A stretch of DNA of 64,000 nucleotides from Lama glama (taxonomy: Eukaryota): assembly GCA_028534125.1 (NCBI GenBank), contig CM052832.1, positions 9,178,001 to 9,242,000 on the forward strand. The letters are read 5' to 3'. The translations under genes and the position numbers were made by a program. This document shows, one piece after another, positions 38,398 through 52,071 of the stretch (positions within the stretch are counted from its first letter, which is position 1; each line of letters begins with the position of its first letter). The notes under the pieces are model-generated. The model had not been told where the DNA came from. It saw only the letters and a list, made by a program, of their open reading frames with translations, and did no database searches.

Positions 38398-39290
38398 TGT
38401 GATACTGTAATTTATAGTAAGAAATACATTATTTGGTCTTCTTCCTATTTCTGGCACAGAGCTCCTAAAACTTGAAATTTCCTAAGTGATAAGTGAGATA
38501 AAGATAAAAGGATTGTTTTGTTATTCATAAGAAGGCCTTTTCAACCAGACCTGTGTTGATGTTATTGAGGTGACTTTTGGAAAGTCCCTAAGGATGGGGA
38601 GCTGGTTGCCAGGGGAACTAGCTTTGTGGTTACTAGGTCAGAACTTACAGCCTCAGCCCCCAACCAACCTGGGGAAGGGAGAGGTGCTGGAGGTAGAGTT
38701 AACCACCGATGATCACTGCTTTGATCATCATGCCTATGGAGAAACGAAGCCTCCATAAAAATCCCTAAATGGCAGGGTTTGGAGAGCTTCTTGGTTGCTG
38801 AACACACAGAGGTGCTGGCATGCCCAGAGAGGGCATGGAAGCTCTGTACCCCTTTCCATATACCGTGTTCTATTCCACCTGACTGTTCCTGAGTTGTATC
38901 ATTTTATAATAAACAAGTAATCCAGCAAACAAACTGCTTCCCTGAGTTCCGTGAGCCATTCTAGTAAATTACCAAACCCAAAAAAGGGGGTCATGGGAAT
39001 CCCCTCATTTGCAATGTAAGTTGTGGGTAACTTGAGGACCCACTGCATGTGATTGGCATTTGAAGTGGTGGGGGGGCAGTCTTGTGGGACTGAGTCCTTA
39101 ATCTGTGGGATCTGATGCTTACTCCAGGTGTATAGCGTCAGAATCAACAGAGCTGTAGGACACCCAGTTGGTGTCAGCAGAGAATGAGAGAACTGCTTGG
39201 TGTGGGACCCCCCCCACCTCCACTTTTGGTAGCCAGAAGTAGTGGTGTGAGTATAGCGAGAAACAGAAGAAATAGTTTTTCCTTTCAGAT
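38398..39290. mobile_element. Solo LTR, MER21-like
   Basis: Begins tgtgatactgt; recalled MER21-family motifs. Confidence 0.75.
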
Positions 39291-39294
39291 AACA

Positions 39295-39970
39295 GCTCAA
39301 TATGTCTGACATTGAACTCATGATCTCCTATACCACACCAAAAACACCGCTGCTATTTTCTCCATTTCCTTATTGTAGACACCAGCAGCTACCCATGTAT
39401 CCAAATCAGAAAAACCCAGAAATCATCCTTTTCCTCACCCCAACATCCAATTAATCATTATGTCTTATTAACAGGCCTCCTAAATATCTATTGGATCCAT
39501 CCATTTCTTTCTGTCCATCTCCACTGGCACTACCTTCACCACCCTAGTCTAAACTCCTCACTCCTGTCTTTTACAAGGATTAGTGCCATGTCCTAACTGG
39601 TAATCCCCACTAGTCTTGTCCCTCTATAGTCCATTTTCCAATCTCGCTACCAGAATGACTCTTGCAAAATGCCAATCTGATCATGTCATTCAGCTTCCCC
39701 CTTCTATTCAGGAACAAGTCATGTAACTTGACGTGGTTTACAGGGTCCTTTGCCTTGTATCCTACTCTCCAGTCTCCTCCTGACCTGCACTGCTCCACTC
39801 TCTGCTAAACAGGGTTATTTTCTATTCATTCTTCAGATTTTAGTTTCTGTTTCACTTTCTCTAAGATGCCTTCTCAGCCCATTTCCCACCACTTCCTGTT
39901 CGCATACCCCGCCAGGTCTAAAACAGAACTAAGCCCCAGTGGGCATTCAGTAAAGTCCATTAACCGAATG
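39295..39970 (+). mobile_element. L2 fragment
   Basis: caatctgatcatgtca...-type L2 motifs; pyrimidine-rich. Confidence 0.55.
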
Positions 39971-42314
39971 CCCACAATGACTACAAATATGTTAATACTA
40001 CTGACTGTCATGTAACACTGACATTACAGGAAGATGCTCCACTTGGCTTTAATTTAAGCAGAAATAAGGCAGATCTAGGCCTGCAGTCTTTAAAAACCAA
40101 ACCAAATAAACCCTAAATAAGGTATCCTTCAAACCTCCTCCTCTTCCCTTTCTATTTCCTTAAGTCTTAAGACTTTTCCCTGACATTTATGGCCTCCCAT
40201 GCCAATTCCATTTATATGTTTATTTGTCCTCAATACTTCTTTGTGTAATTACAACTGACTCATTTTGGCTCTAAAAAAAGTAAAAATGTCAAATGATAAA
40301 ACATGAAACAACTCACTTCTACAAAAATGCAGTTAACTCAACTACTAACTCATAGGTCCAATGTTTACCTATAGATTACAACCTAAGTTTCAAATTGCAT
40401 CCTTGTTAAAAGAGTTTATGTTCAAGTGAAATCTAACACCGTAAGATAAGAGTATAAGGTCCTCATTTTAACTATTACTTTCACAATCTTCAGCCCCCTT
40501 CTGTCCTCTGAAAAATAATATATAGAGAGAAATTTTAAATATTCATGATGTGGAATATATTAACTTTCCAGTCAATTTTTCAGAGAACTTTTGCTAAAAA
40601 TGTAAAACTCTTGTTTATAAATTAAGGGGCTGTTTATAAATTAAGAAGCTTACAACTGAAAACAGTAAAAAAGTTTTCACCACTGAAGTGAAACAATCCT
40701 TTTCAAATGTTACTAATTTTGTTGTGTTTGCTTTATGCAAGTAGAAAAGAGACTAAATTACTCTTAAAACAACAGTACAATCCCACGAGTTTAAGGATTC
40801 TCTCCAAACAAAGTGACTCTAAAAAAAATTATACACACACACACACAAAGTTCACTAATTATAAAAAGGATGGGTTAAAAAAAAAAGTCTGTCAATAGTG
40901 AAAGGCAGAGTCACCCAAGAAGCAAACCAGAATCTAATTCTCTTGAGCTAAAAAACACTTTCTGGGGCCACATCCAAGGGTTTGTCACCCATTGTCAGTA
41001 GCCCTATTCCAAAAGATGAAATGAAGGCAGTCAAATTACCATAAGCAATTTACTGTTCATGGGTGAAAAATTAAGTATTAAGATTCAAGAATTCACCTAC
41101 ATGGTCCTAGAAAACTATGCTTCAATTTTAACTTACAACACATTTAAAGCTCTTATTTTAAAAGCAATTTTTTGTTTTTCTTATATTTTATGTTCTCATT
41201 TCTCTTAAGATTTTTACAGAGTTTTAATCCAAGGAAGATAAAAGGTGATGCTTTCTAAAAAAAAAATTATGTTGTCTTGTGGCTTCAACAATGCTGACAG
41301 GTCAAATCTGCTCATAGATTTCTTAAACAAAAAATTCAGCTTCTCATTAAGAAAAAAATCAGCCAACTTATTTAAATATTAGTAAAACAGGTATTTCATT
41401 CTAAATATCTTTTTATCATATATTATTATAAATTATTGACAAGATACAAAAATCTGGTTCAAGAAAGGCAGGTCTATACTCCAAATTTAAAACTACCTAA
41501 CAGATTTGGGATCTATTACAGGCATTTTTAACTTTATTAAATTTTAACACTTAATAATACAGCAAAATATCTTTACATTCTATACCAGAGATACTGAATT
41601 AGTGACTGACAACAGTATAGGTTTCAAAAAAAAATTGTGAAGAGAAAATGAGCAGGAGGAAAAAATTTCTGGCTGCCTTTCAGAATACTGGCTCACATAT
41701 TTCTCAAAAGAATAAAATCTATAGCTTTTCGTATTAGTTCTCACCAACATAAGCTAACTGTAACTGTTTCTTCAACATGAAGAACTATTGAGATTTCTAA
41801 TTTGGCTGCATGTTAATTTGTCCTTATTTCAGACACTTGTGGCTGTCACACCAATGTGCACACCAGTAATAAGCACTACGTTATGAGAAGTTCTCCACAA
41901 GGGAGGTAGAGAAATTGTCAACTCATTCCATTACAGTAAATACGTTACGACAGTGTTTCCAGGAGCTCTCCTTTTTTGAAAGCTAAAGTTCAGCGTTGGG
42001 ATAGAGAGCAAGTACAATAAACACAAAAATGAAAGAATCCCTAGGGGTTAGTTAGCCTTTTATCACAGAATCTAATTATTATTTTACACCAAATTAAAAT
42101 TATATTCTTTAACCATATTTGATTTTGCTTTCAAACAAGGATAACCAACATGTATGTTAATTATAAAACAACAACGTAAAACAATTGCTAATGCTGAAAT
42201 AGAGCTTTCAAGACTATATTAAGAAAAATTTAGAGCCAAGAAAATTTTAAACAAATCATATTAAGAGTTACAGAAATGAAGTAGAAGCATTCACAAATCA
42301 AAATAATGTAGAAA

Positions 42315-43290
42315 CTCAATAATAAAAGACAAAAGAATCTAATTTTAAAATAACCAAAAGATCTAAATTGACACTTCCAAAGAAGATATATAAACAGCCA
42401 ATAAGCTCATGAAAAGATGTTGAACATCATGTGTCATGAGGTAAATACAAATTAAACTACAATGAGATACCACTTGATACCCAATAGAATGGCTATAATA
42501 AAAAAGACAGACAATTAACAAGTATTGGCAAGGATGTGGAGAAACCCACTGAAACCTTCATATCCACTGGTAAAATGATGCAGTCACCTCAGTTTAGCAA
42601 TTCCTGACCCAGCAATTCCACTCCTGGGTATATGCCCAAAAGAAATGAAAACTTTATGTCCTCACAAAAAACGGTACACAAATGTTCAGAGTAGCACAAT
42701 TCGTAGTACCTAAAAAGTGGAAACAACCCAAATATTCGTCAACTGATGAATGGATAAATAAAATATGGTCTACCCATGTAATGGAATAGCATTTGGCAAT
42801 AAAAAAGAATGAAGTATTGATGACATAAGCTACATCATGGATGAACCTTGAAAACATGCTAAGTGGAAGAAGTCAGTCACAAAAGACAACATATCATATC
42901 AAATTTTCAGAATAGACAAATCTATGGAGACAAAAAATAGGTTAGCAGAGCAGGGAGGGTATAACTCAGTGGTAGAGTGCATGCTTAGCATGCAGGAGGT
43001 CCTGGGTTGAAAAAAAGGTCCTGGTTTTTAAAAAAGTAAATAAATAAAACAAACCTAATTACCACCCCCCACAAAAACAATGTAAAATAAATACTGAAAA
43101 AAAAAAAAAAGGTTAGCAGTTTCCTAGAGTTTGGGAGGTCAGGGGAAAATGGGGAGTGACTGCTAGTAAGTATACGATTTCTTTTTTGGGGTGATGAAAA
43201 TGTTCTAAAATTGACTGTGGTGATGGTTGCACAACTCTGTGAATATAATAAAAACCAGTGAATTGAATTGTAAGATATGTGAATTATATA
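42315..43290 (+). mobile_element. L1MB-like 3' fragment
   Basis: ORF2 C-terminus plus 3'UTR ending ggggtgatgaaaatgttctaaaattg. Confidence 0.83.
42949..43110 (+). mobile_element. tRNA-derived SINE (Vic-1-like) nested in an L1 3' end
   Basis: gggagggtataactcagtggtagagtgcatgcttagc head; TSD ggttagcag. Confidence 0.87.
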
Positions 43291-45749
43291 TAAAACTGTT
43301 GAATATTTTAAAGCAAAGAATAATCAATATAAATATAAAACTACATAAAACTTCCAAAACGAGGATGTATTTCTTTTATACTTGGGGCAAAAACAGTATA
43401 CGTACTTCTTAAATCATAATCATCCATTGGAACATACAATCAAATCTGTGGAGCATGAAATGTAGATAAACTCAAAAAGAGTTGAGAAAAATCATACCTG
43501 TACCAAGGAAAAGAGAAAACTAGAACAAGGGCCACTTTTATTATTCGTAAACTTACAATTATTGAAGCAAGTATTATATTTTTTTATTTAGGCATTCTAG
43601 TTAGGGTAGATGGGAATCACAAAAAGTCCTTCTCCCTCATAACACAAGTAAGAAAAGCAAGCACGTAAACAAAGTGTGGAAAGATGACACTAGTGCTTAT
43701 TAAGTAATTTTAGATGGATGTGATCCCAACAAGTCACCAGTAACAGAGGTCTAAAGCCTGCAATAACTGCTTTACTTGCTTTCTCTCTCTAAAGTTTACT
43801 TCAGCCTGAGAAAACTTTATTAATTTTTAATTTGTGATAAAAGGCTGGCTGGAGCCTAATCTTTAAGAATAGTAAAGTGTTATTCTGTTTTACCTAAATA
43901 GCGACAACAAACCCCTCACAAAGTAAGTCCAAATTATACTGCTGGAAGAATCTTCTATTTTCATGAGTTAAAATCTTCTTTAAGAAATTTTGTTGGCCTT
44001 CAGACTAACTTTTTTTCATCTTATTGTTCAGAAAGCCATTGAAAAGTAAACAGAGCAAAACTAAAATGTAGCTCAGACTGTGATCTTCGCAAACTCAAAA
44101 ATTAAGTCCAAGTAATACATTTTTATCCCATTTCCCTTATTTTCCGCCACTACACCTGCTAGAGAATCTCACTGCACAAGAACTAGGAACATTGGTCTTT
44201 AGCAATGGTTTCTTATCTAGTTTCCTCAGAAGCCTGAATAAATTGGAGCAGCTCTAATCACTTGATAACTGACACTTTTAGATTCGGGAAAATAGAGTAT
44301 TACTGTATTATTCTGTATTACTGGGTCAACAGACACAAAATTTGGTGGGACTAAAGAAAACAATTTTTGAGGTAAATAACACATTAGATATGAAAATGAT
44401 ACTGATAGGATGATGTGCACAGGAAATAGCTGACATTACTATTTTACTATTTACTTTTAATACTGCTTTCATTTTCTTTTTCAAGCTCTTGATAGGTGAA
44501 AGGTAAATGGGGAAAATTCTTGGGTTGTTGAAATACTAAGCAGAAAGTAAACTGAAAACAGAAATAGATTAAACAAGTTGGTTTAAAAACAAATAAAGAT
44601 TCATTATTCAACACGTATTTCTTTATACTTTTCACGTCTACTCCAGCCATTTATTTCTGCTATGACTTTAGGGTCCTCTTCAATTCATCCCCAATAACTT
44701 CTGACTGACCAACACTCCCACAGTGTCCGTAAAATTTTGTTCATAACATTCAGATTGTTGACTTATGTTCAAAGGTCACGCCCTTCCTAGCAGCTTTTTA
44801 AATTGGAGGCCTTAGAGGTGGGGCCTAAGCCGTTTTGGCCCATTCATAATCATTGTGGACAACCTGTTCCAATGGCTGTTCCCAGTCCTTCTTAAGGAAA
44901 GATGCTATCGAGTTTATTAATAATTTTACAACTCTGCTACTTATACGAGCATATTCATACTACAGTTTCAGTACAATACTGGGTTTGAGTGTTTTAAGTT
45001 TGGGGCATAGCTGCTCCCACTATGCTGTGACCAACTCTCAGGTTATTAGCTTCTACTTACTGAGAGCTGCTCTCTCAAAGTTATATAATATTTGTCCTTC
45101 ATCCAACTACCCCTAACTCCTAGAAAAATTATTTTTTAAATCTCCCAGTCTCCACTACTACTTTCTCACACTCAGTAAACTTGTCAAGACACTAACTTCG
45201 GCACATTGACCAACGTTGTCAACTGACCAAACCAGTGCAAAAATGCACAGAAATAGGTAAAGAGACAGAACAGTGTCGTTTGCATCCTTTAGTGCCTAGG
45301 GCAGTCCCAGAAACAAAGTAAGGTAGCAAGTTTCAGTGGAGAAGGTAAGGCTCCGCTTAGCTCCGGAAAAAGGAATCAGGAAGATAAAGTACCCAAAGAA
45401 CCAGGAAGCGTCTTCCCCTCCTTTCTTCCAAGGGCTGGCATAAAGGGCAAAGGTCCTTGTGTTAGGGGCTTACTGGGCGTGTGGTGGAAAGGAGGGAAAA
45501 ACGAGTAAGGGAACGTGAAGGTGGCTGGTGCACCCAGCAGCACTGCGGGCTATTTGTGGATAAAGAAAGAAGAAGAGGGCAAGATTTGGGGCCTCCCCGG
45601 GCAGCTACCCACAAGGCGAGGCCTGAGGGGCCGGGGCGGTCATCACCCCAAGTCTGGGCCCGGCCGCTCCGGGAATTCCAGGAGCCAGTTCCTCCCCCGG
45701 GGCGCGGCCTGCGACCGCCGGACGTCCCCGCCCGGGTCCCGGCACTCAC

Positions 45750-45827
45750 CCCTGCGGTCTCCTCAGCCGAACATTCCAGCAAACTCCGATCGATGGCCTG
45801 CACCTCGGGCTCCAGCTCCGACGCCAT
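45750..45827 (-). CDS. UBR2: UBR2 coding exon 1 (78 nt, MASELEPEVQAIDRSLLECSAEETAG)
   Basis: ATG in strong Kozak context (AAGATGG) inside a CpG island; donor GTGAGT at 45749; peptide matches the recalled mammalian UBR2 N-terminus. Confidence 0.97.
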
Positions 45828-46171
45828 CTTCCCTCCCTCGCCTCCCCAGCGCTGACGCCGCTACCGCCGTCCTGAGCGCCGCGGCCTCGCCACAGCCCCG
45901 GCGGCCGAGACCGCCACCTCTGCCCCGGGCGGGCGGTCCGGAGCCGTCCAGGCGGCCGCGGGCAGAGAAGACGGAGAGTAGCGTGAGGTGAGCCCGACAG
46001 GAGGGACGGCGCCCCCTGCTCCTCCTCCCGGGCTCTGCGCCCAAGAGTCAAATCACCGCCTCGTCCCTGCCCCGGGGAAGGACAAGGAGAACCCAGGGCC
46101 TGGCATTCTTGCCCGCTTCTACCGCGTCCTGCACCGGGAAAGGGGCAATAATACCCAGAAGAGGAAGCAGA

Positions 46172-46191
46172 GCGCTCTGGGAACTGTAGTC
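46172..46191 (-). promoter_or_regulatory. Second ZNF143/THAP11-type motif
   Basis: Minus strand reads GACTACAGTTCCCAGAGCGC. Confidence 0.75.
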
Positions 46192-46222
46192 ATCCTCCGC
46201 ACCGCCGGGGAAAAGGTGGAGC

Positions 46223-46232
46223 CCTTATAAGG
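46223..46232. promoter_or_regulatory. Perfect CArG box (candidate SRF site)
   Basis: CCTTATAAGG fits CC(A/T)6GG and is palindromic; function untested. Confidence 0.45.
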
Positions 46233-46247
46233 AGTTCTTCCACCATT

Positions 46248-46268
46248 GGCATTGTGGGAGTTGTAGTC
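46248..46268 (-). promoter_or_regulatory. ZNF143/THAP11-type ACTACA-nn-TCCCA motif
   Basis: Minus strand reads GACTACAACTCCCACAATGCC, near consensus. Confidence 0.8.
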
Positions 46269-47505
46269 CATCTCCTTCAAAGAAAATTGGCAAATGGCAT
46301 ATAAGTGGGTGGGGCTTTTCTGCACCGGTAGAATCATGGGAAGAGACTAGTGGCGAGAAGCACCTACCTGAGAAGAGGCAGAAGCGCGAGATACCGTGGG
46401 GTACCGTAGTTTTATTCCCTCAACACCGTTTGTTCGTTGTATCCTCAGAGCCTAGAATGCTGCCTGGTATGTGGTAGAACGCGAGTACTTTTCAAAGCCT
46501 GGCATATGTACGCACTCACATACTTGTAGAACGGATGAGTTGCATTCTATTCCTATAGTTCTATGGCCCTGTCATCCATCAAACTCGTTCTCTAGACTGG
46601 TAACGGAGATGTACATTTCCCAGGTTTTTGAAGGTTTAAAAACACGTTAAAATGCTGTTAAAGGAAACGTTTCCAACTGAGCTAGTTGTGACCATTTATT
46701 AAAGTTTATTACGAATCTAGCTGCACAGGAAAAGGGAACAAAAATTTACTCTTGATAGGGACAGTTTATAGAAATGGATAATCTTTGTTAGACTAGATTC
46801 AAAAGAAAATTATGTTTGGACAGAAGTAATGAGACTCCTGAATAACAGGTGCGTGGGTTTCTTATAACTAGTCTTCAGTTCCTTTAGAGTTTATTAGAAA
46901 ATTGCTTTCTCGTTTTATTAAGTGTGCTAATTTATTCCCATACAGAGATTGTGGATTACATTAGGCAAAAAAAGTTCTGATCCAGTCCAGGTTTGGGACA
47001 TGTTTTTGTTGTTGTTATTGTTGTTAACAATACTATAATATTAACCAAGTTTTTTTTTAAGGAAATAAAAATTACCCTTAATCTCACAGCCCAAATAAGC
47101 TTTGTTACCACTTTTAAAAATAAAAATAATATATGTATAAGGTTAGAAATTCAAACTCAACGGAAAGATTTTTAAAGGGAAAAGTTAAAACTGTGCCTCT
47201 CACCTTACCCCAAGTCCCTCCTCCCAAAGAAAAGCATTTTTAATACTTTTCTTATGATTCTGTCCAGAAAAAGAATTGTATACATATATCTGCATGGACA
47301 TTGAGAATGAGACATCTTGAAATGTTCTTCTGTATGTTACTTTCTTCTTTGCCCAACTTCCTTGCGTTGATACTCTCGCTAGTCAGATTCAACCTGGAGG
47401 AAAACTGGGGCTGTTATAACCCAGAAGCAAAGATAATGCCTCTTTAAGGGTCCTAATGTAGAGTTAAAGCCATTAAAATACATTGTAAAGAAAAATTTTG
47501 CTCTT

Positions 47506-47634
47506 CAAAAAAAAATTATTTTCTTGTATTTTGGGTCTTTTTCTTTCTTCTCTAATGGAGGCACTGGGGATTGAACCCAGGATCTTGTGCATGCCGAGCA
47601 TATACTCTACCACTGAGCTATAACCCCATGCCCT
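47506..47634 (-). mobile_element. tRNA-derived SINE (Vic-1-like)
   Basis: Full head; TSD gaaaa(a/t)ttttgctctt at ~47490 and ~47635. Confidence 0.87.
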
Positions 47635-47769
47635 GAAAATTTTTGCTCTTAACGTCATTATTTTATTCCTTCTATTATTTCTGTGTTGATTTTAATGTTT
47701 CTTTTACTAAATTTTTGAGTTGGATGTTTGCTATTAACCTTTCTCTCTTTTTCAGTAAGTACATCTAAG

Positions 47770-47948
47770 GTAGTAGTGTTCAGATTTGCACATGCATCAG
47801 AATTACCTAGAGATCTTGATGTAATACAGATTTCTGAACCCCACTCTCAGAATTACTGATTTAATGGGTTTTGGATGGAGACTAAAAATTGCATTTCTGT
47901 CAAGTTCCTCAGTCATTCTGTGGGCCTGGGGGCCAACTTTAAGGATCA
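47770..47948. mobile_element. MER5A-like hAT MITE
   Basis: catcagaattacctagagatcttg...tgcatttct signature. Confidence 0.65.
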
Positions 47949-48089
47949 TAGATTTTTTAATGCAATACATTTCCGTTATATACTGCTTTAATTATATTAC
48001 ACAAATCTTGGTGTGTAGTGTTTTAATTATCATTTATTTCTAAATATTTTCTAATTTATTATGATTTCTTCTTTGATCCACGGAGTATT

Positions 48090-49430
48090 TTTTTTAATTT
48101 TCAAATGTGTATAGCACAGTAATCTATTTTTTTAACGTTTCATATTCACGACATTTATTTTGCAACTGGGCATTTATACCTCTTAATCTCCCTCACCTAT
48201 GTCTTTCCTCCCCCTATTCCCCCACCTCTGGCAACCACCTGTTTGTTCTCTGTACCTATAACACTATTTCTGTTTTGTTATATTTGTTCATTTGTTTTGT
48301 TCTTTAAATTCCACATATAAGTGAAATCGTACAGTATTTGTTTCACTCTCTGGCATTTTTCTTAGTATAATACCCTCTAGGTCCACCCATGTTGTCACAA
48401 ATGGCAAGATTTCATTCTTTTTTATGGCTAATATTCCATTGTATATATGTAACCACATCTTTATCCATTCATCTATTGATAGGTGCTTAGGTTGCTTCTG
48501 TATCTTGGCTATGGTAAATAATGCTGCAGTGAACATAGGGGTGCATATATATTTTCTGGTTAGTGTTTTCATTTTCTTCGGGTAAATCCTGAGGAATGGA
48601 ATTTCTGGATCATATGGTAGTCCTGTTTTTAATTTTTTGAAGAATCTCCATACTGATTTACATAGTGGCTGCACCAATTTACATTCCCACAAACAGCGCA
48701 CGAGGGTTTGCTTTTCTCCACATTCTTACCAACACCTATTATTTATTGTCTTTTTGATAATAGCTGTTCCGACAGGTGATATCTCAGCGTAGTTTTGATT
48801 TGCATTCCCCAAAATGGCGCTTGCCAGCACCAGAGTCCTCATTAAATGAGCTCCCCAAAATGGCTGTCACCAGTGTCTGTGTCCTTAGGGTGAGTTCCAT
48901 GTGCCTCTTGCCTCTTCAGGAGACTCGTCAAGATCAGCAGGTGGGTCTGACCCAGGTTTCCTTCCAATTACTGCTTCTGTCCTGGGTCCCAGAGTGTGAG
49001 ATTTTTGTGTGCACCTTTAGGAGTGGAGTCTCTATTTCTCATAGCCTCTGGTTCTCCAGGAAGTAAGCCCTGCTTGCCTTCAAAGCCAAACATTCTAGGA
49101 ACTCATCTTCCCAGTGCAGGACCCCTGTGCTGGGGAGCGATGTGGGACATGGATCCATTGCTCCTTGAGGAGAGTCTGCAGTTGTGATTATTCTCTTGTT
49201 TGTGGGTCACCCACTCAGGGGTATGGGTATTGACTCTATGTATCACATCTCTGCCCCTCCTACCTGTCTTGTGTGGTTCCTTCTTTATATCCTTAGTTGT
49301 AGAAGATCTTTTCTGTTGGTCTTCTGATCTTTCTTATCAATAGTTGCTCTTTTTTTTGTAATTTTGCTGTGCCCATGGGAGGAGGTGAGCTCGAGCTCAA
49401 GGTCTTCCTACTCCGCCAAGCTGGCCACTT
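48090..49430 (-). mobile_element. L1 3' fragment (48090-48810) joined to L1 5'UTR-like sequence
   Basis: ORF 48288-48701 (WECKLVQPL...LPYDPEIP) is the L1 ORF2 C-terminus. Confidence 0.78.
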
Positions 49431-51459
49431 CTGACATTGCTATCTTTTGTTACTAATTTCTCATTGTATTATATTGTGGGCAGAGAACAGAGTCTGTATG
49501 ATATAGATTCTTTGGTATTTGATGACATTTGCTTTGTGGAGTAGGATATATGGTCAAGTAATTCTCCAAAGCCATTATTTCTTCAAATACTACCATCCTT
49601 CCATTCTCTTTATTTCCTCTTTTCAGAACTTCTGTTTGACTTCCTTTTCTATTCTGCATGACTTTAATCTCTTTTTCATTTTCCCATATTTTTAATTGTC
49701 TATGTTGCATTCTGGATATATCTTATCTTATGCAAATTCTCTCTTCAGCTGTGTCTAATATAATATTAATGATTTTTTGGAAATTATTATTATCTTATTA
49801 TTATTAAGGAATCCACTTCTATGACTGTCATAAAGCCCAGGCTGGGTTAATAATGACAAGCTCAAGGTCACTATACCCTACTCTGGACGTTCTGGTTATA
49901 ACCACTGCCTTCTCTATCTCAACTGAAAACCTAGATGCATGAGACCTCAATCCCTGAACTCCTTTTCCTGGAAGATGCCAAAGCCAACTACGTGACAGGC
50001 TTTATCAGAGGAGAAGATGATTTTGTCTTCCTAGGAGACAAACCCTCTACCTTGCTTTATGAAGCAGATAGCAACCTTAAACCATGGACAGGGTGGGACC
50101 TGCGCAGGCCTCAATGGATATTAACTATCTATTGAGTTTGTATTTTTAATGACTTCTTTCTCATTCTAGCAATTATATTTAATTCATTTTCAAAGATTCC
50201 TGGTCTTCTTTCATAATGTCTTATTTATGGTTCTGAATCTTTCTTTTATATCTTTAATACTTAAGAAAATGCTTATTCAGTAGTGGTCAGTAGATTGTAC
50301 TTATAAAGATCTTGGAAATTGAATCTTACTTTTCGTTTGTGTGCTGACAAACAAATGATTGTTTCCCTTGTGCTTTGCGATTATCAAATTTGAGATCATT
50401 TTCATTTAGCATTAGCCATGGGAATCTTGAGAAGCTTGTGTTAAGAGCATGTACCTTCAAAGGAGTTTTCCATTTGCTTCTACAAAGCTAGGTGTTCTAG
50501 GAACATTATATACTTGGGACCAGGCTCCCTAGGAGTATCACATACCCAGGACCAAATTTTATGTCAGTTTCTTGGCTTGGGGTTTCCCTAATAGTATTAA
50601 TTTATTTGTGTGGCATTGCATTGTCCCTAGTTACAAATTCTTAAGGGAGAGATCTTTTTCCTACACAGAATCATATTTAAAAGCTTCTTTGTCATTTTCC
50701 TCTGCAGTCAGTGAGTTTTTTTCTAGTCTGTCCTTTCACTGATGTTACATTTCTTTGAAAGCTCTGGCTTGACATGAGGATCTCACTTTCAATTCATGTT
50801 TCTTGGACCCAAGATCTTGTCTTATATTCCCATGTGGGCATTAAAACCTAAGCTCCAACTTAGACATAGCATATTGAACCTAATGACAGTAAAGAGGGAG
50901 TTTGAGGAGAAGAAAGAAAGAGTAGGTGTGGGGATGGCAACACCAAACTTTTGGAAGGTGGGCAGCAAATGGATGAGAAGTAAATGACTTAGCAATCAGA
51001 GAATGCTGAGACCCAAGCCAGCAGTAGAGCAACCCAGACTCAAGCTAATGTATATCCAGAACTCCACAGGCTTGGAGAAATAAAGCACCACGTTACTCTG
51101 AAAGTGGGTGAGGATGGTGCAAACACAAGAATGTTGTTTGAAAATCTGTATAACAAGAAGTTAGATCACCTCATCTCCCAACCTGGAAGAAGACTGGCAG
51201 TTTCTCCTCTGAAGAGGCTGCTCCTTAGGGTCTTTGTACTGGGAGACACCAGACACAACTAAGGACAGGGATGCTGTACTGAATACTAGGGCACTGGTTC
51301 AAAGTCTATACACTAAACAGGTTCACCCCAGTGTATTTCTCCCCCTTGACTCTGAGCATACCTGTGGCTGGCTTACACCTCCCAGACAGGAGTTTAGAGA
51401 GTCTTCTCCAGAGAGACTGAGCAGGCCAAAAGAAAGAAAATCTGTCAGAGGTGTGGTAC

Positions 51460-51700
51460 CCTATATTAGACTGCTTGGGCTGCCTTACAGAATACCACAG
51501 ACTGGGTGGCTTAAATAACAGAAATTTATTTTATCACAGTCTGGAGTCTAGAAGTCTAAGATCAAAGGATTGGCAGGGTTGGTTTCTGGTGAGGCCTTTC
51601 TCCTTGGCTTTCAAGTGGCTACCCTCCCACTACGTCCTCCCATGGCATTTCCTCTGTGTGTGTGTGTGTGAAGAAAAAGGTATGTCTGGTGTCTCTTCAC
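51460..51700 (-). mobile_element. MaLR (MLT1-type) LTR fragment
   Basis: gggctgcc.tacagaataccacagactgggtggcttaaataacagaaatttatt signature. Confidence 0.78.
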
Positions 51701-52071
51701 AGTAAGAGGGCAGTCATCAGATAGATTGGTCAGGGAGGCATATCTGAGGAGGGGATAATTGTGCTGAACTCTGAGTGAAAAGAAAGAACTAGCCACGTGA
51801 CGATCTGGGACAAGCACACTGTAGACAAAGGAAATAGCAAGTGCAAAGGCACTGAGGCTGAAATAGACTTGAAATGGATCAAGAAGAATAAAAAAACCAC
51901 AGCTTTATGACAGAAATTTTTCTGATAAACTAATAGATGTTATGCTCACTAGTGATAGTAACCATTCTATTATTTCTGTTCTTTACTAAAACCTTTTCAG
52001 ATGTTATTATTTTCAGTTAAGACATGATGAAACTGAGGGTCATGAAGATAAAGTAAGTTGCCCAAAGTCAC

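Larger units (their letters stand above)
45560..46420 (-). promoter_or_regulatory. UBR2 CpG island / promoter / 5'UTR
   Basis: Sharp rise in GC and CpG content around exon 1 in otherwise AT-rich, CpG-poor DNA; YY1-like AAGATGGCG overlaps the ATG. Confidence 0.9.

Noticed and set aside
45462..46337. Several overlapping GC-rich ORFs of up to 158 aa around exon 1
   Set aside because: CpG islands are depleted of stop codons. Only the first 26 codons of 45462-45827 are UBR2; the rest is intron read-through or low-complexity Pro/Arg/Ala sequence.
48288..48701. 137-aa ORF as a gene (also 61100-61441, 25796-26038, 38899-39321)
   Set aside because: Decayed L1 ORF2/ORF1 or LTR sequence with no supporting exon structure.
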